Virus record (IMG/VR): IMGVR_UViG_3300030708_003285
Location: 1 to 39,737 of that record
Length of the DNA: 39,737 nucleotides
Direction: 5' to 3' (one strand)
Source of the DNA: a virus
Taxonomy: Duplodnaviria; Caudoviricetes
Below, one piece after another: positions 7,962 through 15,449 of this stretch; position 1 is the stretch's first letter, and each line of letters opens with the position of its first letter. Below the pieces are notes generated by a model. It was not told where the DNA came from. It worked only from the letters and a program-made list of their open reading frames with translations, and made no database searches. The position numbers were made by a program, and so were the translations under genes.

Positions 7962-8202
7962 CATAGCCTTGGTCATCGGCTTCGCCATCGCCAAGTTCTT
8001 CCATCCCAAGAAGAGGTTCGTCCCGCAGTTGAAGTTCGGCAGGTTCCACATACATCACTGGATCTGGGGGACAGCGTTTCTCATGGCCCTATTACTATCT
8101 GGTTATACCTCTGACTTTGCAGTGGGTGTTCTCACAGGCATAGTCCTACAAGGGCTAACGTATGATAACTGGAGCATCATTAGGAGAGATCTAAAAAAGT
8201 AA
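7948..8202 (+). CDS. Small membrane protein with HIHH motif
   Basis: Likely start ATG 7948 (MIVYSIALVIG...); three hydrophobic segments; RFHIHHWIWG. Confidence 0.6.
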   Translation: MIVYSIALVIGFAIAKFFHPKKRFVPQLKFGRFHIHHWIWGTAFLMALLLSGYTSDFAVGVLTGIVLQGLTYDNWSIIRRDLKK

Positions 8203-8220
8203 ATCGACATGGAACACACC

Positions 8221-8319
8221 ATGCCAGAACAACCTCAACCTGATGAATGCGAGCCCTGCTACTGCGGTTGGACTGGACTAGACGACTCCGGTTGCACTTG
8301 TCTCCCGAAGCAATCATAA
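8221..8319 (+). CDS. Cys-rich microprotein (MPEQPQPDECEPCYCGWTGLDDSGCTCLPKQS)
   Basis: Fills the intergenic gap; 5 Cys in 32 aa; alternative start 8209. Confidence 0.4.
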   Translation: MPEQPQPDECEPCYCGWTGLDDSGCTCLPKQS

Positions 8320-8342
8320 ATGATTGATTTCATAGAATATTC

Positions 8343-8591
8343 ATGTCTGATGCATTTGATAGAGGATGGTCAGTGGCAAAAAATATGCGTTCACCTCGCT
8401 TACGGAGAGTGTCTCCAGAAGAGGCAATGAATGTTTGTCGAGATGGCGGATGCGTGTGGATAAAGGATTACGCAGAAGAAAACTACGGAACTGAAGATAA
8501 GCCACACCATGATTATCCTGTTGAAGATCCTGATGAACTACTAGAGATTTTGGATTATATGCCCGATTCTGAAATTATGGTTTATGATTAA
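8343..8591 (+). CDS. AFDxAW-leader small protein
   Basis: MSDAFDRGWSVAK; ATAAAT box about 25 nt upstream. Confidence 0.7.
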   Translation: MSDAFDRGWSVAKNMRSPRLRRVSPEEAMNVCRDGGCVWIKDYAEENYGTEDKPHHDYPVEDPDELLEILDYMPDSEIMVYD

Positions 8592-8592
8592 C

Positions 8593-8844
8593 ATGTCTGA
8601 ACAATCTGCATTCGACGCTGCTTGGCGAGTTGTCAAGGAAGATGGGGCATTCGATGTGGTCCCCTATGCCAATCTGAAGCCGTCCACTCCATACTCAAGG
8701 ACAGACCGAATGGCACAGCCATCGGATCCATATATGGTTCATGACGATGGTCGGATGCCAGAACGAAATAAGAAAGATCGGAAAGCCCAGATGCGACACA
8801 TCGAAAGGGCTCGCAAGAAAGTGAATGAAGATCCCACAGAATAA
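8593..8844 (+). CDS. AFDxAW-leader small protein
   Basis: Likely start ATG 8593, MSEQSAFDAAWRVVK; basic C-terminus. Confidence 0.7.
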   Translation: MSEQSAFDAAWRVVKEDGAFDVVPYANLKPSTPYSRTDRMAQPSDPYMVHDDGRMPERNKKDRKAQMRHIERARKKVNEDPTE

Positions 8845-8971
8845 ATACGATTGTCCTGCATAAAGTAATATGCAGGGAGGGGAGGCCATATCTATCATGC
8901 GTCACACTTGGCTGGGCTTCATCCTATCATTTCCCCCTTCATCCCCTCTCTGCAACTTGAGGTTCTGATCC

Positions 8972-10324
8972 ATGGTCCGAGCAGTTCCTGAGAATTCGCT
9001 GTGGCATCATGACAACCATCACCTGTATTGCAGCAGGTGCAGGACTCCTCTGCACGACCCCATTAGTCAGCGTGTCCTTGAGGAAGCAGGATTGATGTTT
9101 AAATCGGCGGATGAACTTTGGGATTACATAGAGTCCGAGCAGAATCTCCGAGGCAACCCCTTGCAACTTTGGGCGAAGGCAAGAGGCGCAGATGATTGGC
9201 GTGGTGACGATGCAGTGAATCAATTGAGAAGGAGAAGAGTTCCAGAGGATTCCATGTTTGCTGCTGCTTTGGATGACGTTAGATCTGGACTCACCAAGTA
9301 TCCTTTAACTGGAATCGCTTCAAAGGGGATTTCATTCATAGGGCCCGGAGGACAGACTCTCCTTGAGAGATATCACGCTGCGGAGACTGGACACGTTGGT
9401 CGCGCATCCCCCAATGCGCTCAGGAATTATGTCACATCTAACAGGATAAAGGGGTGGACTACGACATCGGATCATGGGATGAGCCTCACGTCAAAGATGT
9501 ATGGGGGGAGCGAGGATACCCCGACATGGGCATGTCCCGTTGGCAACATACTCAAGGATGTCGAGGGCAGCACTTGCGAGGGATGCTATGTCGATTCCAT
9601 ACATCATATGAGATACGATTCAGGTGAGCGTCATAGAACGAGAAATCTTCTAGGCTTGCAGAATCCCTTGAAGTATGCGGCGGCGCTTCACCATCAGATA
9701 GGTCTGCATGATGATGGCGAGGGCAAGCATCACATACGCATCAATGCGTCAGGAGATATCCAAAATGAGCATCATCTTGCCATGCTTATGGATATGGCAA
9801 GAGCGTATCCTCACAAGAAGTTCTGGATCCCAACAAGAGAGTGGAAGGCTGTTGATAGATACATGAAGGCATTCGCAGATCCATCTCAAGCCATACCTGA
9901 CAATGTTTCCCTTCGCTTGTCCCAACTCATGCGTAAGACAGCACCTCATGAGCATTCTCTGATGACGAAACTCGGACAGCATCCAAACATAACATACTCC
10001 ACAGTCAACGCATCGCACAAAGGGAGTCATCCAGATGAGGTATGGGCATGTCCAGCAGCAGGTCAAGAGTTAGATGAGGGAACCTGTGCCCACCATCATT
10101 GCGATGCGTGTTGGGATCCTAACATCAAATGGGTTGACTACTCAGGACATGGATCTGCTGTGATGCATAACGAGTTGTCCCCAGAGGAGAGGATGATGGC
10201 TGCCAACGCCAAGTTGAGAACCGACATCAGAAGAACTCAGAGGATACAGGAGAGAGGGACTCCCACTGGTCGTATGCCACTACCTATGATACCAGAGTCC
10301 ATGGATGACCTTCCAAGCCTGTGA
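8972..10324 (+). CDS. Gp88-like Cys-rich phage protein with N-terminal extension
   Basis: WACP...TCEGCY, RINASGD, FWIPTRE, PDNVSLRLS and CPA...CAHHHCDACW match the motif order I recall for phage Gp88-family proteins. Confidence 0.6.
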   Translation: MVRAVPENSLWHHDNHHLYCSRCRTPLHDPISQRVLEEAGLMFKSADELWDYIESEQNLRGNPLQLWAKARGADDWRGDDAVNQLRRRRVPEDSMFAAALDDVRSGLTKYPLTGIASKGISFIGPGGQTLLERYHAAETGHVGRASPNALRNYVTSNRIKGWTTTSDHGMSLTSKMYGGSEDTPTWACPVGNILKDVEGSTCEGCYVDSIHHMRYDSGERHRTRNLLGLQNPLKYAAALHHQIGLHDDGEGKHHIRINASGDIQNEHHLAMLMDMARAYPHKKFWIPTREWKAVDRYMKAFADPSQAIPDNVSLRLSQLMRKTAPHEHSLMTKLGQHPNITYSTVNASHKGSHPDEVWACPAAGQELDEGTCAHHHCDACWDPNIKWVDYSGHGSAVMHNELSPEERMMAANAKLRTDIRRTQRIQERGTPTGRMPLPMIPESMDDLPSL

Positions 10325-10368
10325 ATAATGCCAACAGTGATAAGCCTCACACTACTGCCATAGTTCTG

Positions 10369-10506
10369 ATGGGGAAGCACGTTTCGATAATTTTGCGTGA
10401 TGATTTATGGCATTTGATGGAAAAGAGAAGAGGACGGGAGTCTAAATCATCCTACCTCAATTATGCCATAGAGCAATACTTCCGTCATCTTGACAAGGGT
10501 GAGTGA
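10369..10506 (+). CDS. Ribbon-helix-helix DNA-binding protein
   Basis: MGKHVSIILRDDLWHLMEKRRGRESKSSYLNYAIEQY: alternating beta strand followed by two helices with S-x-S..L..AI. Confidence 0.7.
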   Translation: MGKHVSIILRDDLWHLMEKRRGRESKSSYLNYAIEQYFRHLDKGE

Positions 10507-10507
10507 T

Positions 10508-10978
10508 GTGACAAACCAACCAATGATACCGCCAATGCAACCGCCGAACTTCAACGCGCCCCCACCATGGGCTAACGAGAGCAACAGGGTCGATGTGAAC
10601 CTGATCGCCATGCTACTTTGGCAGGCGCTCCTCACTGGTGTGGCTGTGGCCATATCCCACATGGACTGGTATCTACCAAACGCATCACCCGGAGAGATGG
10701 GGCTTCAATACGGACTCATAGCCTTCGGGTTCCTATGCGCCTCCATGGTTCTCTTCCAAGTCGGTGGCGTCAGGGACTCCCTTGCCATGAGGGCGGAGTT
10801 CTCTCAGGAGTCGAGGTACGACAAGTGGTTTAGGCAGCAGATGCAGATGCAGGCAAGAAGGGCGCAGAAGTCGCAGTATTACAAAGACATGCAGAATCAG
10901 ATGGGCATCAACGGAGAGCAGGTCTTTGGCGTCCCGAACGTGCAGAACACTCAATACCCTGAGGAGAAGACGGAATAG
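10508..10978 (+). CDS. Two-TM membrane protein with Pro-rich N-terminus and Gln-rich C-terminus
   Basis: GGTGA SD then GTG 10508; two hydrophobic helices. Confidence 0.7.
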   Translation: MTNQPMIPPMQPPNFNAPPPWANESNRVDVNLIAMLLWQALLTGVAVAISHMDWYLPNASPGEMGLQYGLIAFGFLCASMVLFQVGGVRDSLAMRAEFSQESRYDKWFRQQMQMQARRAQKSQYYKDMQNQMGINGEQVFGVPNVQNTQYPEEKTE

Positions 10979-10992
10979 ACGGGTGATGCTCG

Positions 10993-11217
10993 ATGTGGCC
11001 ATTCACGACCCGTCAAGAAAGACAAGCGGAGGCCATGTCCCAGATACTCGCTGAGAATTCATATGAACGCAAGTTGGAGCGCATAGCAGGCTGGGTCAGG
11101 ACGTTCGTCGCCCTCTTTCTCGGCATCTCGCTGACGTTCCTCACACTGTTTTTACTAGAGGAGATAGGAAACTTCACGCCAAGCGATATATGGGATTGGA
11201 TAAACGCGAACGTGTGA
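10993..11217 (+). CDS. Single-TM membrane protein
   Basis: GGTGA SD; FVALFLGISLTFLTLFLL hydrophobic segment. Confidence 0.7.
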   Translation: MWPFTTRQERQAEAMSQILAENSYERKLERIAGWVRTFVALFLGISLTFLTLFLLEEIGNFTPSDIWDWINANV

Positions 11218-11223
11218 TGTCGG

Positions 11224-11973
11224 ATGAGTAGCACCCTTCTTGCGGGACACATCGCTATTCTCGGATACAACACGATCAGGAGGGTCTATCGGACCTTTCG
11301 GCCATTCAAGATAGGCATCTATGGCCCAAGCATGACGGGAAAGACCACACTAGACCAGTATCTCACGGTCCCCGGCGACATAGAGACGATACCAGAGGCA
11401 TTCAGGACGACGCATCCCGTTGACTCGTATGGCAGACCAATCCTTCCCAAGGCCCATCGAAAGGAGATAAAGTGGAAGAAGGAACGACATCCGATATCAA
11501 ACTCCGACATAGCAGGCCAGTCTCAGTTCCGAAACCTGTGGATAGACGATATGTTTGGGCGAAAGGTCAACATCGTAATCTTCATGATAGATAGTAGGGC
11601 AGATGTGTCATCCCCCGACTTCTCTCCTCAATTCACACAGGAGGCTGTTGCCTCGATGCAGTATCTTGTTGACAACATCACTAGGAAGGACGTGAGCAAG
11701 GAGATATCGAGAAAGGCGAAGCGGATCGCCAAGTCCGATTACAGGCCACAGATCTTCTGTCTCCTCATCAACAAGATGGACAGGTGGTGGAATCCCATGT
11801 CACAGCATCTCTGGGACCATGATCTGCAAAGGGAGCATCCAGTCGTTCGGCCCTTCAGGGAGCAGTTGAGGGCACTAAGGAAGGCAGGGATAAGGGCAGA
11901 GGTCGATGCGATATCCGCTCAAACAGGCATGAGAGTCCCTCAAACCTTCATAGGTCTGCTTGAGTTGTTGTGA
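11224..11973 (+). CDS. Ras-superfamily (Arf/Rab-like) small GTPase
   Basis: G1 GPSMTGKTT, G2 candidate RTT, G3 DIAGQSQFRNLW, IVIFMIDS strand, G4 NKMD, G5 ISAQTG. Confidence 0.85.
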   Translation: MSSTLLAGHIAILGYNTIRRVYRTFRPFKIGIYGPSMTGKTTLDQYLTVPGDIETIPEAFRTTHPVDSYGRPILPKAHRKEIKWKKERHPISNSDIAGQSQFRNLWIDDMFGRKVNIVIFMIDSRADVSSPDFSPQFTQEAVASMQYLVDNITRKDVSKEISRKAKRIAKSDYRPQIFCLLINKMDRWWNPMSQHLWDHDLQREHPVVRPFREQLRALRKAGIRAEVDAISAQTGMRVPQTFIGLLELL

Positions 11974-12017
11974 AATATAATAATGTTAATACAGTTGATA
12001 GGAGTGCGAGGACTGTG

Positions 12018-12968
12018 ATGAACTATATTCCGACCATCCCTTTCATGGGTGGCGGTATCAGCCTTTCAGGGTTAAATGACGACCAGTTGCGTCAATTGGC
12101 CGCAGAAAGCGGGATATCGTTTCAGATGTTGAAGGCGCAGCAAAGAGCAGAAATGGCGAGTGCAGGGTCGCAGGGCCCGTTGGATGGCAAGGAGGAGTCT
12201 CTCGTTCCAACGGTTGAGATTAAACTCAAGTCGGATCCTAAGAATCCGAGAAAGGCTAGGAAGAAGAACATAAAGATGCTAAGGAGGGCATTGAGGCCCC
12301 CTAACTACAATCTCGGCCTGTTCAAGATATACAGATACAACGCGGCCTATGAGTGTGCTTGCTGCGGCGTGGATGTGAGAAGATTTCTAGAGGGTGACAA
12401 CGCATATGCACAGATATATGACGATGACCTCAACCTCTCATTGGCAGACATATATTGGTTCGATGAGGACACGGGGAATGCCCAGAAACCACATGCGAGG
12501 ACGCATGGCGACCATGGTGATCAGATGAACAGCACGTTGTGCCCAGCACACCTGCATATATTCCACACACTGAAGTCACTGGTTCAGGAACAGGAGTTAG
12601 AGAGTGATGGAATCTCTCGATCCGTTAGCAAGGGGACCAAGTTCCTCAGGGTTCCCAGCATGTTCGGAGGTGGGACCAAGAGCCCTATGAACAGGTCTTC
12701 CGTCGAGTCTCTAACCAAGTATGAGCCATTTTTCAAGATGGTGTATCAGGACAGCAAGCACAAGAAGGGGATAACTATCAATCAACATGCAAACCCAATA
12801 ACAGGCGTAGCAGACATAGTGACGATGACCTTCGATCTCAGAGCCTTGCAATTGCATGACTTAGCGACACAACAGTCAACGATAGGCGTCCCTCCGGCGC
12901 AAATACCAAATCCTGCTGCAATGCAGCCTCCTCCACAAGGTGGACAGACGCAACCGCAGCAGGCATGA
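12018..12968 (+). CDS. Hypothetical protein with CxxC...CxxH zinc ligands and Gln/Pro tail
   Basis: Likely start ATG 12018 about 28 nt after TTAATA; CACC and CPAH motifs. Confidence 0.65.
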   Translation: MNYIPTIPFMGGGISLSGLNDDQLRQLAAESGISFQMLKAQQRAEMASAGSQGPLDGKEESLVPTVEIKLKSDPKNPRKARKKNIKMLRRALRPPNYNLGLFKIYRYNAAYECACCGVDVRRFLEGDNAYAQIYDDDLNLSLADIYWFDEDTGNAQKPHARTHGDHGDQMNSTLCPAHLHIFHTLKSLVQEQELESDGISRSVSKGTKFLRVPSMFGGGTKSPMNRSSVESLTKYEPFFKMVYQDSKHKKGITINQHANPITGVADIVTMTFDLRALQLHDLATQQSTIGVPPAQIPNPAAMQPPPQGGQTQPQQA

Positions 12969-12982
12969 TGAAGGTGAAATAA

Positions 12983-13573
12983 ATGGGATGGTTTAGCAGA
13001 AACAACGATCAGCCAACGCAGACATTCGGATCTCCGAATCCAATGGGTGGATATGGCGCAGCACAACAAGGACAGCAGATGATGGGACAGGACCCTATGA
13101 TGATGGCAATGCAGCAGCAGAATCCTATGATGGCTGGCATGGCAAACGATCCAGTCATGGCCACGGCCAAGTTGCTCAACCATACGGATCCAGTTGCTGC
13201 CTTTATCGCAGGGAACAATATGGGATTCCTCCTCGATCTGCTTGGCGAGATCATAACTTTGTCTATGAAGGACTTCTTTGCCAACGCTCAATTCAAGGAC
13301 GACGATGGCAAAGTCTTCACCTTTGACTCATCATCCCTTCCAACGAACCTGACAACTATGTCTCCAGAGAACATCAGGCTGACATTACAAACCCTTCAAT
13401 CAGCATGTCAGCAGACTGCTCAATACAACCAACAGCAGATACAGATGCTGTTGATGTCTCATAACCCCATGGCAATGGCACAGAACCAACCCGGATTCTT
13501 CGGGTCGCTTTTGGGTGGCATAGCAGGATCCGCATTGCAGAACAGCAAGTATGCAACGGGGGCGGTGTTGTGA
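12983..13573 (+). CDS. Gln/Met/Gly-rich low-complexity protein
   Basis: GGTGA SD; starts MGWFS; QQ/MM-rich; ends with amphipathic GFFGSLLGG. Confidence 0.7.
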   Translation: MGWFSRNNDQPTQTFGSPNPMGGYGAAQQGQQMMGQDPMMMAMQQQNPMMAGMANDPVMATAKLLNHTDPVAAFIAGNNMGFLLDLLGEIITLSMKDFFANAQFKDDDGKVFTFDSSSLPTNLTTMSPENIRLTLQTLQSACQQTAQYNQQQIQMLLMSHNPMAMAQNQPGFFGSLLGGIAGSALQNSKYATGAVL

Positions 13574-13818
13574 GCAAGTCCACTAGGGACGAGTTCACAG
13601 GCTTGAACCCAATGCATACGACCATGCAGATGTTCAGCCCCAGCAAACTCCTTGTTGAGAGCGCCACCATGATATTCATCATGTCATTCGGCCTTCTCAT
13701 CCTCACAATCATGGTTTGGAAGGGCGCTACGTTGAGCCCTGAGTTGACAGCCGCACTCATGATCGGACTCTTCGTGACGTTCCTAGTTGCGGTTCGACAA
13801 TACGCTTCCTTTCGGTAG
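13570..13818 (+). CDS. Two-TM small membrane protein (holin-like topology)
   Basis: Two hydrophobic helices in 82 aa; GTGA overlap with the upstream stop. Confidence 0.65.
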   Translation: MSKSTRDEFTGLNPMHTTMQMFSPSKLLVESATMIFIMSFGLLILTIMVWKGATLSPELTAALMIGLFVTFLVAVRQYASFR

Positions 13819-13855
13819 CGCCCCCATTGCCTATGGGGGCGGGAGAGCAACTCCC
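13819..13855. other. Tandem GC-rich hairpins directly after the stop codon
   Basis: CGCCCCCAT-tgcct-ATGGGGGCG (9-bp stem, 13819-13841) followed by GGGAG-agcaa-CTCCC (13841-13855). Confidence 0.6.
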
Positions 13856-13861
13856 CTGAGA

Positions 13862-14182
13862 GTGCCAATAGTGCATAGCCCTGTTCTTCGACGCTTTGAC
13901 CAAGATGGTGATGGCGATTTCGACCTAGATGACGTGAAGAAAATAGTCAAGAAGGTTGGTAAGAAGATAAAGGATGGGAAAGAGATGCCAAAATGCACAA
14001 GATGTGGAGGGATGATGAATAGTCGAAGGAACAAGTATGACACTGGCCTGTGTGTTGAGTGTTATAGGAATCCTGAGGATCATGAACGATGTGTGGCTGT
14101 GAGTAGCACCACAAAGCAGAGATGCAAGCGTCGTGCTAAGAGAGACGGCTATTGTGGGATACATCTGAAATCATCAAGGTAA
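13862..14182 (+). CDS. Small protein with EF-hand-like DxDxDG loop and two Cys-rich zinc modules
   Basis: DQDGDGDFDLDD; CTRC...CVEC; RCVAVSSTTKQRCKRRAKRDGYCGIH. Start uncertain (GTG 13862 or 13871). Confidence 0.6.
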   Translation: MPIVHSPVLRRFDQDGDGDFDLDDVKKIVKKVGKKIKDGKEMPKCTRCGGMMNSRRNKYDTGLCVECYRNPEDHERCVAVSSTTKQRCKRRAKRDGYCGIHLKSSR

Positions 14183-14235
14183 TTGGTGTCAATGATAGCA
14201 ATACCAATTAACCATTGAACGTATGACGGTATAAC

Positions 14236-14946
14236 ATGAGCGGACGCCGTATCAGGTCTAACTGTCCCTTCTGCCAGCATCCTGAAAGGGATCATCTGGA
14301 GAAGCAGATAAGGACTGGTATAGCGAAAAACGACATTATGGACAGAGATCAAGGATGGCCAAGCGGCACATCACACAGACATATGAGGCGTCATTCTGGA
14401 GAGTATAACGATGCCAGCAATGTCGATTGTCCCGTATGCACACATCCAGAGAGGGCAGAGATAGAGTCAGCCATATACGAGGAGAGGGCGACCATCGATG
14501 AATTCGCATATGAGTTGGATGTCGAGCCGTCTATAATCAGGAATCATATACACAAGCACATTCAGCCCCTGATAAAGGCGGCAGCGGACATTGAGGTCCT
14601 GCCGACAGTCATTAAGACGACTCATGACTCCCTTCAGAAGATAGAGACGAACATGAACAGGTTGGACAATATATTCTCCATGCAGTTGGATAGACTGGAA
14701 GCGCAGTTCATAGACACGCCAGAGATAGTCACCCCTAAGGATATCGAACTTGCTGTGAAACTACACAGAGAGGTTAGAGAGACGTTATCAGAGTTGGCCA
14801 AGTGGATGGAGAAGTATGAGTCCATCGACAAGAGTTCATCCGTGTCTGTCATTACCGTCATACAGGCTCATTTCGCAGAGAAATCACCAGAGGAATGGAG
14901 AATACTTAGAAAGGCCCTCGCAGAGGCAGGGGTGTTAGATCAATGA
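14236..14946 (+). CDS. Duplicated CxxC-H...HxxxH zinc/HTH domain plus coiled coil; candidate terminase small subunit or regulator
   Basis: CPFCQHPER...HMRRH and CPVCTHPER...HIHKH; helical C-terminus; AATTAA box 25-30 nt upstream. Confidence 0.5.
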   Translation: MSGRRIRSNCPFCQHPERDHLEKQIRTGIAKNDIMDRDQGWPSGTSHRHMRRHSGEYNDASNVDCPVCTHPERAEIESAIYEERATIDEFAYELDVEPSIIRNHIHKHIQPLIKAAADIEVLPTVIKTTHDSLQKIETNMNRLDNIFSMQLDRLEAQFIDTPEIVTPKDIELAVKLHREVRETLSELAKWMEKYESIDKSSSVSVITVIQAHFAEKSPEEWRILRKALAEAGVLDQ

Positions 14947-15449
14947 GCAATCACCTATCCATTCACCAACTCATGTTGAAGGATGATGAGCGATACGCAC
15001 CCATCTTGCATGAGAAGGAAATCATGACCTCCATGGATTTGTCTCTCTTCCTAGAGTCTCTTGATTTCGTCATAGAGGCATGGAGACAAAGTGTCGATGC
15101 GTTCAATCTCGACTTTGCAGATGATTATGCGGACGAGGCTATGATGGCAGTCATGCAATGCAAGATGGTGCTGTCCCTATCAGAGGTAGCAGGATACGAA
15201 GGCGACGAGGGCGCTACATACATCGAAATTCTGAAGACGCTCAAAGGCGTAAAAGATCCATTCAAGAAGATGGCCAACGCATATGGAAAGACACCGATGC
15301 TGTGCATATGGTATGACTCCCTCCCTGTCAAGTTGACCAAGGGATACTCCGAGGTCCATCGTCAATACATCAAGATCAAGGCGAACAGGGACATGTATGC
15401 CAAGCCGCATAACATGAATTACCACAGACAGGGGGAGATGTTCAAATGA
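14943..15449 (+). CDS. Hypothetical protein
   Basis: 168-aa ORF with ATGA overlaps at both ends. Confidence 0.7.
   Translation: MSNHLSIHQLMLKDDERYAPILHEKEIMTSMDLSLFLESLDFVIEAWRQSVDAFNLDFADDYADEAMMAVMQCKMVLSLSEVAGYEGDEGATYIEILKTLKGVKDPFKKMANAYGKTPMLCIWYDSLPVKLTKGYSEVHRQYIKIKANRDMYAKPHNMNYHRQGEMFK

Noticed and set aside
8880-8975. Possible tRNA (GGTTCTGATCC resembles a T-arm)
   Set aside because: No acceptor stem, D-arm or anticodon arm can be built.
12983-13000. N-myristoylation signal (MGWFS)
   Set aside because: No N-myristoyltransferase is expected in the inferred prokaryotic host; more likely an amphipathic start.
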